Positions 1 to 12,410 of a stretch of 64,000 bases of DNA are shown piece by piece; positions within the stretch are counted from its first letter, which is position 1, and every line of letters begins with the position of its first letter. The stretch is from Camelus ferus (taxonomy: Eukaryota), in assembly GCF_009834535.1 (NCBI RefSeq), contig NC_045697.1:104782001-104846000 (forward strand). The letters are read 5' to 3'. The translations under genes and the position numbers were made by a program. A model generated the notes under the pieces. That model searched no databases. It was not told the origin of the DNA and was given only the letters and a program-made list of their open reading frames with translations.

Positions 1-1800
1 TATTTTATATATAGTAGTGTGTATCTGTTAATCCCAAACTCCTAATTTATCCTTCCCTCACCCCCTTTCCCCTTTGATAACCATAAGTTTGTTCTCTATG
101 TCTGTGAGTCTGTTTCTGTATTGTAAATAAGTTCATTTGTGTCATATTTTAGATTCCACATATAAATGATATCCTAGGATATTTGTCTTTCTCTGTCTGA
201 CTTACTTCACTTAGTATGATAATCTCTAGGTCCATGTTGCTGCAAACAGCATTTTTTAAATGGCTGAGTAGTACTCTGTTGTGTATATACAGCTTATCTT
301 TATTCATTCATCTGTTGATGATTTAGGTTGCTTCCATGTCTTGGCTGTTGTGAATAGTGCTGCTGTGAACATTGGGATGCATGTATCTTTTCAAATTAGA
401 GTTTTCTCTGAATATATTCCTAGGAGTGGGATTGCTGGATCAGTATGGTAACTATTTTATTGTTTTAAGGAACCTCCATACTGTTTTCCATAGTGGCTGC
501 ACCAATTTACATTCCCACGGACAGTGTAGGAGGGTTCCCTTTTCTGCACACCCTCTCCAGCATTTGTTGTTTGTAGACTTCTTGATGGCCATTCTGACTG
601 GTGTGAGGTGGTACCTCATTATAGTTTTGAGTTGCATTTCTCTAAGAATTAGCGATGTTGAACATCTTTCCATGTGCCTGTTGGCCATTTGTATGTCTTA
701 TGTGGAGAAATGTCTATTTAGATTTTCTGCCCATTTTTTGAGTGGGTTGCTTATTTTTTGTTATTGAGTTGTATGAGCTGTTTGTATATTTTGGAAGTAA
801 GCCCTTGTCAATTGCATTGTTTGCAAATATTTTCTCCCATTCTGTAGGTTGTCATTTAGTTTTGTTTATGGTTTCCTTTGCTGTGCAAAAGCTTATAAGT
901 TTGATTAGGTCTCATTTGTTTATTTTTGCTTTTATTTCTATTGCCTTGGAAGATTGGCCTAAGAAAGCATTGCTACAATTTATGTCAGAGAATGTTTTGC
1001 CTATGTTCTCTTCTAGGAATTTTATGGTGTCAAATCTTTAAGTCTTTAAGCTATTCTGTGTTTTTGTGTGTATGTGTGTATCGTGTGAGGGAGTAGTCTA
1101 ACTTCATTGATTTACATATGTGGCTGTCCAGCTTTTTCAACTTGCTGAAGAAACTATCTTTTCTCCATTGTATGTTCTTGCCTCCTTTGTCGAACAGTAA
1201 TTGACTGTGGGTGTGTAGGTTTGTTTCTGGGCTCTCTGTTCTATTCCATTGATCCATATGTCTGTTTTTGTGCCAACACCATGCTGTTTTGATTACTATA
1301 GCTCTGTAGTATTGTCTGAAATCTGGAAGGGTTATTCCTCCAGCTTCATTCTTTTTCTTCAGTGTTACTTTGTCAATTCTGGTGTTTTTATGGTTCCATA
1401 TACATTTTAGGATTATTTGTTCTAGTTCTTTGAAAAATGTCCTGGGTAATTTGATAGGAATCACATTAAATCTGTAGATTGCTCTGTGTAGTATGGCCAT
1501 TGTAGCCATATTAGTTCTTCCAATCCAAGAGTATGGGATATCTTTCCATTTCTTTGAATCATCTTCCATTTCCTTTATCAGTTTTAACCTTAGCATGTAA
1601 GTCTCGCAACTCCTTGGTCAGGTTTATTCCTAACTCTTTTTTTTTGATGAGATTTGAAAAGAGATTTTTTTTTACTTTCCCTTTCTGATATTTCATTGTT
1701 AGTGTAAAGAAATGTAATAGATTTCTGCACATTAATCTTGTATCCTGTTACCTTGCTGAACTTGTTTATTGGTTTTAGTGGTTTTTGTATAGAAGGGTTT
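1..1800 (-). mobile_element. LINE-1 fragment (ORF2 C-terminal part plus 3' UTR), degraded
   Basis: Minus-strand ORFs 1051-1596 ([12 protein letters not shown]...[13 protein letters not shown]...[12 protein letters not shown]...[10 protein letters not shown]) and 452-688 ([12 protein letters not shown]...[14 protein letters not shown]...VQPLWKTVW) are L1 ORF2 motifs. L1 3' UTR lies toward position 1. Confidence 0.95.
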
Positions 1801-2349
1801 TCCCTTTTTAATAGTTTTTTTCATAGACCTCCAGTCCATTCTGTGTGTTTTGTGTTTGTATGTGGCTTCTTTGGTACTTTTTGGGGTGGGTGTGGCAACA
1901 GCATTTAATTCAAACCACATGAGCACTGCAGCATGACCTAGTGGTTCCTCTCTGACTGAAAACTTGATATTTGGATTTATTCCCCCTTCTCTACATAGGA
2001 GAAACAGCAGTATTTCATGAACTGAAGGAATGCTTTTGTAGGGGGGAGGGCGTTAGCTGTTACATCAGGCATTTAAATTTATTCACCATAAAATGTAATT
2101 GCATGGAATTCTGGAATCATATAAGAACAAACAGGGTGAGTTGGGAAATCTGTCCATTTAGAGTGTGTGGGCTAGTATACCTTGCATACTATTGAACTCT
2201 GCCTAAGATTTTGTGCTGATTGATGCTAAGCAAATTTTAAGGTGATTTTAAGATGGTCTTTCTAGGACAAAAGAAGGAAAAAAGCTAAACGAGTTGAATT
2301 AAATGAGTTGCCACTTGTTTCATCCATTTGAGAAACAGCAGCATCTTTT

Positions 2350-2530
2350 TCTTCTTCTTTTTTTCCTATTGTGGGATAGTTGATTTACAGTGTTGTGTTT
2401 CTGGTGTACAGCATAGTGATTCAGTCATAATACATATATATATTTTCAGATTCTTTTCCATTATAGGTTTTTGCAAGGTACTGAATATAGTTCCCTGTGC
2501 TGTACAGTAGGACCTTGTTTATCTATTTTG
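2350..2530 (-). mobile_element. 5'-truncated L1 3' tail
   Basis: gttgatttacagtgttgtgtttctggtgtacagcatagtgattcag...aatatagttccctgtgctgtacagtaggaccttg; same family as the tails at 49582 and 62770. Confidence 0.85.
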
Positions 2531-2668
2531 TCTGTCGTATAGCAGTGTCATTTCTTGTCTCCATTCTCTTGACTCTGGTTTCATCCCTGGATCAGAAACT
2601 TCCAGATTCTCCACTATGAGAAATTCATTCCTTTTGAATTATGAGACCAATTAGTGCTATTATCTTTT

Positions 2669-2796
2669 TTAAAAACATTTTTTATTGAGTTATAATCATT
2701 TTACAATGTTGTGTCAAATTCCAGTGTAGAACACAATTTCCAGTGTTATACATGAACATACATGTATTCATTGTCACATTTTTTTTCGCTGTGAGT
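2669..2796 (-). mobile_element. Short L1 3' tail with target-site duplication
   Basis: ttttattgag...tttacaatgttgtgtcaaattccagtgta, flanked by agtgctattatctttt (2653-2668) and aatgttattatctttt (2797-2812). Confidence 0.75.
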
Positions 2797-2869
2797 AATG
2801 TTATTATCTTTTACCAAATTACTCTCTTCAGCACTGGTGTTTTTTTTCTTTCAACTTTTTTGAGGTATA

Positions 2870-3090
2870 CAGTTGACCCTTGGACAACAGTAGTTTGAAC
2901 TGCATAAGTCCACTTAGACACAGATTTTTTTCCCCAAGAAATACTTAACTACAGTACTAAATGGTCTGCGGTTAGTTGAATCTGAGCATACAGAATCCTA
3001 TGTGGAGAGCTGATTTTAAAGTTATATGCAGATTTTTGATGGTCCAGGGGTCAGCACCCCAAACCCCTCATGTTGTTCAGAGGTCAACCA
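2870..3090. mobile_element. Tigger2/MER8-type non-autonomous TcMar DNA transposon, inserted at TA into an old L1 3' end
   Basis: Terminal inverted repeats cagttgacccttggacaac ... gttgttcagaggtcaacca, with TA on both sides. The flanks join as tttttgaggtata|attcacaaataaaattgt, an L1M-type tail. Confidence 0.8.
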
Positions 3091-3592
3091 TAATTCACAA
3101 ATAAAATTGTGAGATACTTAAAGTATGCAGCCCAGTGATTTGATGTATACATTATGAAATAATTTCCCCTAGCATTGATATATTTGGCAAGACTAGTTGA
3201 AGCAGATGGTAACCTGCTGTTGATGTAGATGGTAACTAGTCGAAGAATGGTAACCTGGTAGGGGTATAGGAAAAAGAAAATGAATGTTGATGGGGTTGGT
3301 GAGACAGCTGAAAAGATAAATGATTTCTTTATCTCTTGACTAAGTGGATTGGGGTGGGGAGTAGGGTGTGTTGTTACTAGTCAAAGAACAGATACCTGTT
3401 ACTCACCTACTCTCTATTGCATCGCTAGGAATTTGAACAGCTTTTTAACCATTGAGACAAGACCTAAACTTTGATATAAACATAAGCACAAGGAGAGTAA
3501 AATCAGAGTTAACCCAACTAATGATATGATATAAAAACAGAAGATCCATAATAAGTATGTATAAGATTTACTGCAAGATGGATCCTAGAGAA

Positions 3593-3776
3593 CAGTGGCT
3601 CTCAACTCTCACTGTGCATTAGAATCTAATGGGAAACTTAAAGAAAAAAACACTGATGCCTTAACAAAAAGATTGAGTGATTGTATTCTATTGGCTTTGG
3701 GATGGAGTCTGGATGTTGGTATTTTTGAGAGCTCCCAGGATGGCTCTAGCATGCAGCCAGGTTTGAGAATAACTGG
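3593..3776. mobile_element. MER5-family (hAT-Charlie) MITE
   Basis: cagtggctctcaact...cattagaatc...catgcagccaggtttgagaataactg termini. A second degraded MER5-like piece lies at about 3825-3932. Confidence 0.7.
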
Positions 3777-6700
3777 GATGGGGCATGAACTCATCCTTAT
3801 ATAGGAAGTGATTACTGACCTTTCGGGAATCGGAATTACCTGGGGTGCTCATTAAAAATGCAGTTTCCTGGTCTTCACTCAAATTTTGTTCTGGGTCTGC
3901 TGCAGTGTCTTGGGCTCCCATTTGAGAAACCCTATGGTGGGCGTAGAATACTGGGTCATGGGATCACTGGGCACTGAATGGGGCTGGACAGGTTTCATGG
4001 GAAGTGGGGCATGAGCAAGTGTCTGAGTAACTAGGATGCAGAAGATGAATGGGTGGGAGAGTAGAAGGTGTATCAGTCATGGATAGAGTTGGTTTTGGTA
4101 GAGGAGGTGTGAGAGATGAGGTTGGGAAGGGAGAGGGCTTTCAATGCCACATTAGGGAGCTTAAGTGTTACACCATTTGTCTGGGGGAGAACTGAGTTTG
4201 AAGAGCCTGGCCTGAGCAAGTCAGGTCAGTAAACATATCCAGAGGGTAGATATCCTCAACACTAGAAGTGGTGGGTATATAGGAGGTGACTTGGGAAGTA
4301 CTGACTGATTTCACATCAGCTCCCATGGAATAATAAGAGTGACCCTTGAGCTCAAACCCTCTAACTTTGGAATCAGTTAAGTCAGCAAACATTTATTAAG
4401 TGCCCTTTGTGTGGCAGATATGCTGAAGAAGTCTAGGTTATTTTCTCAAAGCACACTGGACTGCTTTGCTGATAACACATTTATGTAATTCCTGCGGATT
4501 CCCCAGACCCCAGTCCATTAGACCAGGGAGAGAAATAGCAACTGTGACTCTTCCTTCTGCACAGACTCTAATATCATGGGCATGGCTCATTGGAAATGGT
4601 TTGCTCAGGACTCTCTGTAGAGTTTTTGATGATCTTGATTTGACAAACACAGTTGTTTGGTGTTGGAAATATGACCAGAGTAGTCCTGGAAGGCCGGTGG
4701 TTCATTGAGAGTGTTTTAAAAATACATTTTTGGCCATGGAACTCTTTGAATCGCTAATAAAAGCAAGAGCTGCCTTTCTACAAAAATGCACAGATGCGTG
4801 TAATTTCACTTATAATTTTAGGCCTTTTAACTGTTCTGAAGTCAGTTCAGAACCCCTGTAGCGATCATAGACTCCAAGTTAACACATAAAATAGACTGTG
4901 GAATAACTGTGATGTCACTTAGGTTTCAGGAGACTGGAGAAATAACAGCCGTCCCGGACATTTTCGGTTCTTTCAGTTACTAGCCATAATTCATCGTGAC
5001 ATATGAGTAATTCAGCATCTATTTAGCAAATAGCTTTTGAATGAAGCTTACATAGGCCACAGCCAAGTTGTTTCCCTAGCATCATACTATAGTTAAGTAC
5101 ACATCAGAACAGGTGTGTGTGGGTGTGTGTGTGTGTGTGAGTCACTGTGTCACATCCATTTGCACTCCAGACACGCTGCAGAGTAAAGGGCGTGTCTTTT
5201 GTTGGGTCTCCTGCAGTAGCACACGAGATAATGATTTAATCCAGCAATTCCCAATGTGTTTTCGGAGGGAATGCTGGTGCGAAGGGAAAGGATGTCCGTG
5301 AAAACAGTATTTGGAGAAAACATCGTTCTGTAGCTTATGACCTGTTCTGTCCTGTCTTGGAGTTACACTGCCCATGTGATTATATTAAAGGAAGTCGGGC
5401 AGTAAAAAAGCTCGTTTAGCGCTGTTTAAACCCATCGATTCCCAAGTTTATTTAACCACAACCTCTCTTCTCAAAGATAAATACTGCAAAATCCTAATTG
5501 AACCTATTGTAATCAGAGTTGGCAGCATGAAATATAGAGGAAGACTTAACGTGTGTGAGCTGCAGACTTGACTTTTCTTTTTAACCCACGTGGAAGGAAT
5601 TACATAGGCGCTCTGGTTGAGAACTGAGTCTCCCTGCAGATCTAGCTTCAGAATTTTGAATAACATTGTGAGATGACTGAGATCTGCCTGTCAGTCCCTT
5701 AAAAATTTGTTTAAAAAAAGCTACATTTGTTCCCATGAAAGAAGACAGAATATATCAAGAGGTTATCAACAATCATGTTGAAAGTGAAATGAAAAACTTG
5801 ACAGTTTCCTTCTACTAACCTCTGGCTTTTGCTCAACTGAAGTCTTTTCTCCTCAGCACAAATTGCAAATTTGAAAACAATCCTGATAGGATGGAGGAGC
5901 AGGGAAGAACATATTTGAAAACTCAAGGGAATGGTTCTTGAATAATATGACAGATAAATTAGAGTGCTGTATATGTGAAGGAGCACAGATAAATGATTAT
6001 AGAGTGTGAAGGATTTTACACCTGAATATACTGGGGGAGTAACTCCCCCCACCCCGAAATGGTATGTCTTGAGGCGTGAAATGTATAGTGTAGTTAATGG
6101 ATTATTTCTTCTTAATAGTTTATTCGTGAACTATCTCAGGCCGATTTTCAAACATTTAATTGATTAAATCATGTATCAAGCGTGGGATGAACATCTGTAA
6201 TGGACTGGCCAGTACCCTGGCTGCTGACTTTTCAGGGAAGGACAGATGATGGCTCCTGCCCTTCATAATTTTGGCGGCAGTTGCTTCCTCGATGCCGTTT
6301 TCCTCTGGGTGGCATCTCTTTCCTCTCGGGGCCCTCTCTTCTGCAAACTCCTTCAGTCCCGCAGTTCCATCCGCTGCTGCTTCTGACTCTTGGGAGCTGA
6401 GTTTCAGCCTGAATGAGTCATGAAGAGGAGCACGGAAATACTTACTTTGCTTTCTTGTATTGTAAAACGCTTCTTGATGGTTTTCAGTGTCTGGAAACAT
6501 GGTAAACCTATTGCCAAGTAATCCTAAAGGATCCCCATTAACTTCAAGTTAAAGACTCATTGGTGACTTCCTTGCCCATTCCTTATTCCTATCACAGCCA
6601 TCTTCCCAGTTAAGAAAAAGTCATTTAAGTTTTGGATTTAATGAAATTTTACTTACTGAATTTTCTCAGAGCAAGAGACTTGAGCATATTCTTGTAATGA

Positions 6701-8084
6701 AATTGTTCACTCCAAGACCTCTGCCAAGTTTTCCATTTTTTCAAAAACATGTATTTGCCATTTTTCAGTTGAAATGGGAGATAGAAACTATAGAACTGAA
6801 TGATGTCAACTTTTATATTTTTGAACGTTTAAATCTAAATACTTAAGTACTTAGAAGTGGGGAAAGTAAATGATACAGTGGTAATATCATTATTGCTTTG
6901 AAGACTAAGGTACCAATAATCTGTTTCAGTGATGAGGCATTATAGTAATTCTGGTCTTTAGGGAAATTACTCAGTAACTGTTCTTCAGGAAGAAAGGAAA
7001 AATGAGTTATCCATTGTGGCCCATGATTTTTAAACTTCAGATAAACCCCTAATTAGAAAATAAGTATAAATTTTATAGGTTTCTAAGTTCTTAAATGTCC
7101 TTATATGTCTTATTGTTTTAATCCTATTACAAACATTAAGAATAAACCATGCATAGTCTCTTTCAAATGCAAGTCACAGGGCTTCTCTTTACATGGTAAG
7201 TTCCCTATTAGCTGGCATTGTTGCCCTGGAATTTCTATAAGTTGGGGTTCTTTCTACAGCAGTGATTAATGCTTATAATGACTGCCCTGAGGATCCACAA
7301 AACCCTCTTGAGTCATCAAAGATTAAATTATATTCAGTCTGGCTTTCATGTCACATATTTATTGTCTTCTAATTTGTTTGAAAATTGAGAATCCGTGATT
7401 TTTTTTCCCCCCTTTGTTGAACGCCCCACTTCCTGATTGTTTCACCTGAGAAACCATGGGATGCTATCGTGGAACCTGTTTTCCTTTGTCACCCTGGTTA
7501 AAAACCCAGTGGCTGGAATTGCAGAATGTCTTGGGTGAAGAAAAGAGAGGAGTCTGCAGTGACTCCCACCTGTCCCTAACAGAGGAGTGTGGAGCCCGGC
7601 TTTGGTCTGAGAAGGGTTAAAATAGGGGTATTGAAGTCATCCCGTCTTTGGTGCACGTCTTCCAGATGACAAGTAAGGTCCTGAGGAAAGCTGGGGGGCG
7701 GGGATGAATTACTGTGTGGCTGTCACCTTTGATTGCACAGACTTGGATCTTGCAGGAGCCTGTCCTAACTCTCCAGCCTAACCTCTCTGTCCTTGCCCTT
7801 CTTTAGGCCAGGTCATCACCAGGTCTCACCTGTGCTGTGTCTTTAATCATGTAATTAAGGCCTTTCCCAGTTTAATTTTTAACTTAACTCTAATCCATAG
7901 GATTGCCGATGCAGTAGGCTTTGTCTATCACAGCACTTGGGAATTGTAGCCCGTACCACGGCTGCGTATCTCTGCATCCTGCGTTCGGGGTATAGTCATT
8001 AGTATAGTCATATAGTGCCTTTAAAGAATAGCCAGCATTGACTGAGCACTTGCTTTGTGCCAGGCTAACTGCTCGACCTGGAAA

Positions 8085-8650
8085 GAGTAGTTTGGATTTT
8101 GACCTGGATTCAAGTTGCAGCTTTACCACATACTAGCTGTGTGACCTTGATCAAAGTTACTCAGCCTCTCTGAGCCCCACTGTCTTTTTGTGGATAGCAG
8201 TTGTGTTAGTTTGCTGGGGTGGCCATAGCAAAGCACCAGACTGTGTGGTTGAAGCAGCACAGGTTTGTTTTCCCACAGTCCTGGAGGCTAGCTGTCCAGG
8301 GTCAAAGTGTCTGCATGGGTTTCTCAGTGGCCTCTCTCCTTGGCTTGTTCATGGATGCTGCCTTCCCTCTGTGTGTATGTGTGTGTGTGTCTGTCCCAGT
8401 CTTCAAGGACCCCAGTCATACTGGATTAGGGCCCTCCCTGATGACCTCATTCTACCTTAGTTACCTTTTAAAAGACCCTGTCTCTGAATGGACAGCAGTC
8501 ACATTCTGAGGTGCCAGGAGTAAAGACATCAACATGTGAATTTCGGGGGAAATAATTTGCAGCCCAGAATAGCAGTGAAAATACGTGCTCAAGTCTTGTA
8601 CTGTTGTGAGGATTAAATGAAATAATCTGTGCAAAGGCTTGGCCCAGGAG
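8085..8650 (+). mobile_element. MIR SINE split by an MLT1 LTR
   Basis: MIR core ctagctgtgtgaccttg...ttactcagcctctctgagcc (8130-8180) resumes after the LTR as gttgtgaggattaaatgaaataatctgtgcaaagg (about 8600-8640). Confidence 0.75.
8202..8571 (-). mobile_element. MLT1 (ERVL-MaLR) solo LTR with 5-bp TSD
   Basis: tgtgttagtttgct...cacagtcctggaggctag...cagtcatactggattagggccc...gtcacattctgagg. TSD gcagt at 8197-8201 and 8572-8576. Confidence 0.85.
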
Positions 8651-10699
8651 CTGAGGGGCCACTTGGTGTTAACCTTTTCGCTACAGAGGGGGTGGCACCT
8701 TGGCTTCTTTATATTCCATCCAAGTAGGAACCGTAAACGTTGGTGGGATTGTGTTTTGAATATCTATTTTCCTATGAATCGCATTCTCTTTGACCTCCAT
8801 CAGCGCAGCCAGGGGCGTGATTGGCTTCATGGCTACTTGTGATCTCTCCCGGGCTGTGGGTTCTCTCTGCATCTGCTCCCTGCCCACCCGGGCATCATTT
8901 CTGCTTTTAAACCAAGCCAGGCTCTCCTGTCCTTCCAGTTGGCAGGCACGCCTGAGACTTCTCCAGAGGACAGCCCTGGACCTCAAGTCCTTCTGTCCCT
9001 AGATTCTTGCACTGTTTCCCTCTGGCAGTGGTGCGGGTCTGCCAGTGGGCACTTTTCACATGTCATGGTTAGTATTTTTTGGACCTCCTCTGTTTTTCCC
9101 CCTCACTTGGCTGCACGTCTTTCCCCCACCACAGTTCTACACCCAGCTTGGAGGTGTAGGACCGGGTTGGGTAGGAGAGTGAGGAGGAATGAGGCCAGGA
9201 TTAGGCCTCAGTTTCAGTTCAGACCTGCACCCCGTGGCCTGGGCCTCACGGTGAGTGAGCTGTAATTCCTCCTAGAACGTTCTCTTGCAGGATCGCGTCC
9301 GACAAGGCATTAGCAAGCATTTATCACCCAGAGAATTCCAAACACACACACACGAGTTTCAGATCCTAGGGTATAAGCTGCTCGGCCCCCAAGTCATTGT
9401 GCGTGTTTACATCTAGGAGAGAACACGTCTCTCCTAAAATGTCCTTTTAGAAAGCTTTTACAGGCGTTTTCGTGATTCACGCAGAGGAGTTTCCCAGAGT
9501 GTGCTCTCTCAGGCTGAGAAGGGTTATTACTAAAAGGAGTTTTCCAACTGGAGCTTGGTTTTCTGAAAGCTATTCTTGGTGTGGTGGATGAGGACAGCTG
9601 TTCATCTCTCTTAGTATTTCAGTTTGAGCCACTGGGTGGGTGGAACTGATTAGAATTCCAAAAGCAATACATGCAGGCGGTGAGGTGGAACTCTTTTGGA
9701 ATATGCTAGGGGAGATTTTTGACAGAATGACATTCTGCAGTTAAACGGTAAAATGAACCCTTTATGTACAAAGTATCTGAAGAAAGGCCTTTTGCATTTT
9801 GCCTTCGTTTTCTTTTTTGGTTGGTGGAAGGGACCCTCTTCTCCTTGTATTAAGGAACTGTTAAAATATATTGTCAAGAAAGCCTTCTTTGAAAACATTT
9901 AAAATGACGTTTCCCTCCCCAAAACAGGTTTATTTATTGTGGGTTAATGTGACCTGATTTTCATGAATGTCCCTTTATCCAGACAAGGCATTATGATTTT
10001 TTTTCTTTTTAACACTTTACAAAGCTTTATAAGTAATCTCACCCAGTTTATCGCACGTTTAAATTGTGTTCCATCTCGTGTACCACTTGGGAAGAGAAGT
10101 TATATTTATTGAGTGGAAAGTAGCTTTTGAGCTGGTTAAAATAAACATCCCTTGGAATGTTCCCCAGCATAATAAAAAAGGCAGCTGAAGGCTTCATAGT
10201 TTAGGATTCCGGCTGCCCAGTGACAGCTTGGGAAGCAGTGTTATGTTTTAAAGTTTGTATTAGGAATCCACTTACGTCCATATGTGGGCTTGACACATTC
10301 TGAGTTATGACATCAATTGACCTTGTAATGTTTTGCAGTCTGTGGTTTCCAGGTTGCTCTGATGTCATCAGTAAGGTTTTAAAAAAATGGATCTGTTTTT
10401 CACTGGCGAAGTTTAGAATGGTCTATTAAAAAGCATGCCCTCCGGGTGATACACACCATCGATCAAAAGTAGAACAGTGGGGAGTCCCTGTGGGCTAAGG
10501 AGGGGAGAGGAGTCTTGGTCCTCCACCTCAAGTCTTCAGGATGTGAGTCAGCACTTTAAGAACCTGGACAGCTCTGAAAAGGAGGCACATTCTTCAGCTC
10601 CCGGCAGCCCCTTGATAGGATTATTTCCTCTTCTCCGTCCTTGAGTCCTTGATCAAGTCTAGAGCATAGCGTGAAGTAGATCTTGAAGCCACTTGTGAA

Positions 10700-10970
10700 G
10701 TAGCACCTCTGGTTAGGAGCACGGACTTGAGAACCTGATCACCTGGGTGGTTCACACCTGGTCCTGCCCGCCCTTCCGGCTGTGTGGTCTTGAGCAAGTT
10801 ATGTACTAACCTTCCTGTGCCCTCGTGTCCTTTGCTGTCGAATGGGCATCATAGTCGTATTCATAGGGTCGCTGAGAGAATGAAACATGTTAGCGTATGT
10901 GAGGCATTCAAGTTGGTGCCCGGTGCTCGGGTCGCCCTGTGTTTCAGTGTCGAATGTTACTACCATCTTA
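10700..10970 (+). mobile_element. MIR SINE
   Basis: ggttaggagcacggact...gctgtgtggtcttgagcaagtta...catagggtcgctgagagaatgaaa. Confidence 0.7.
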
Positions 10971-12034
10971 GCACATGTTAAGTTCCCATATTTGACCCTG
11001 GTCAGACCAGGTTCTTTCTCCATTCCTGACCTAATTTGTCAGAGGTTCTCCAGCTGAAATCTAAGCTCCCCGGGCTAAGCAAGTACGAAGTCTTCCTCCC
11101 AGTGGAATCTTTGTGGCAGAATTTGTTTCTGCAGGTATCTGATGTTGTTGGACGCGTTTGGTTTGTGTGTACGAGTGTGTAGATGGAGAACGTCACCTGG
11201 GCTTGTGTCTGTAGGGTTAAAAATGTGTCTTTAGGATAAGGCTGTTAAGGGTGATTTTGAGATCAAAGGTGAGTTTTTTTTTTTTTCTTCAAAATCTTTC
11301 TCCTTCTAGTTCTCTCCCTTCTATAATGTATTTAATTTTTTTTTAACCTTTGAGGCTCAGCCTCTTTATTTCCTGTGACTTTATTCTGTGGGATAGTGAC
11401 CACCCGGGAGCTAGCTTGCTCTTATGTGCTGTGGGAGCTTGCATAACATTCAGACAGTGCTTCTTACCAGCCACTTACGTGTGTTTTACTTTTTCCCTTG
11501 GGCTTGTGTGAAGAGGCAGAGACAAGGTAAACAGTTCAGCCTTTACTGGGCCCTTGCAGGACTCAGAGCTGATGTAAGCAGCAGTCCCGGTGTCTTCTCC
11601 CTGCCAACACTTTGCCGTAGTTCTTTCCTCCTTTATGGTCCTTAACTGCTGTCCACATCCTCACTTAATGGAGACCAGGTGCAAAGCTTTCATCCCTCCT
11701 GCTGGCCAGTCCTGAGCCCTGTAGAAATAAAGGGGCCTGCTCTTTGCTGCTCTGCTTCCATCTCAGGCGGATGGAGATGGCCTCCCTGCAGGGGCTGGGT
11801 GTGCAGATGGGAACTTGCTGGAGGAAAGCAATGGCTGTTGACTAGGGCTGGCCTGAGGACCAGTGATGGGCAAGACCTTTTCTCTGAGCCCCATCCAGGT
11901 CTACACCTTGTTCTCACATGTGCTGCTGCATTGTAACAAGGAGCAGTCAGAGGGAGAAGGGTGGTGATTACCGTTAGTTCCCTGGGCTCCTGTCTCCATT
12001 TTGTTCACCTAGAAGACAGAGCTGGAATATGGGC

Positions 12035-12410
12035 AGATCCCAGGCTGGCCTGGGTTGGAATTCTGGCTCGCCCACTCTGTTACTACAGGTAAATAACTCA
12101 CACTGAGCCTTAGCTTTCTCCTCTGGAGCAGGAGGAATCTGATGTCTCCTGCACATGTGGAGGGTGGAGACAAGCCTGTGGAATGCAGCACGCCTAGGTA
12201 GTCGCAGACAGTGATGATGAAGGTGTTCACGTTGATGAGGGCTTGCCAGGTTCCAGGTCTTGTCCTAAGATGTCTGTAGTGTATCTTCTCAGGGGAGCCT
12301 CACCACCACTGCGTCTCTGTTTTGCACATGAGGGTGCTGAGGCATGGAAAAGTGAATGCTTTGAACCTGTTGGCGCTGAAGCTCGGATTTGATTCCAGGC
12401 ACTCCAAAGT
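12035..12410. mobile_element. Two degraded MIR fragments in opposite orientations
   Basis: cctgggttggaattctggctc...ctgagccttagctttctc (+) and ttttgcacatgagggtgctgaggcat (-). Confidence 0.5.

Noticed and set aside
372..1596. ORFs of 131, 99 and 181 aa as host genes
   Set aside because: They are sense or antisense readings of a decayed L1 ORF2 with frameshifts and stops.
4715..4885. Possible hAT-Charlie MITE remnant (another at about 45558-45650)
   Set aside because: Resemblance is from memory only and the termini are not clear enough to assign.
6156..6500. 114-aa minus-strand ORF with protein-like composition (SSQESEAAADGTAGLKEFAEE...)
   Set aside because: No family recognised, no poly(A) or TSD of a processed pseudogene, and the length is within chance expectation. 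A BLASTP or PhyloCSF check would settle it.
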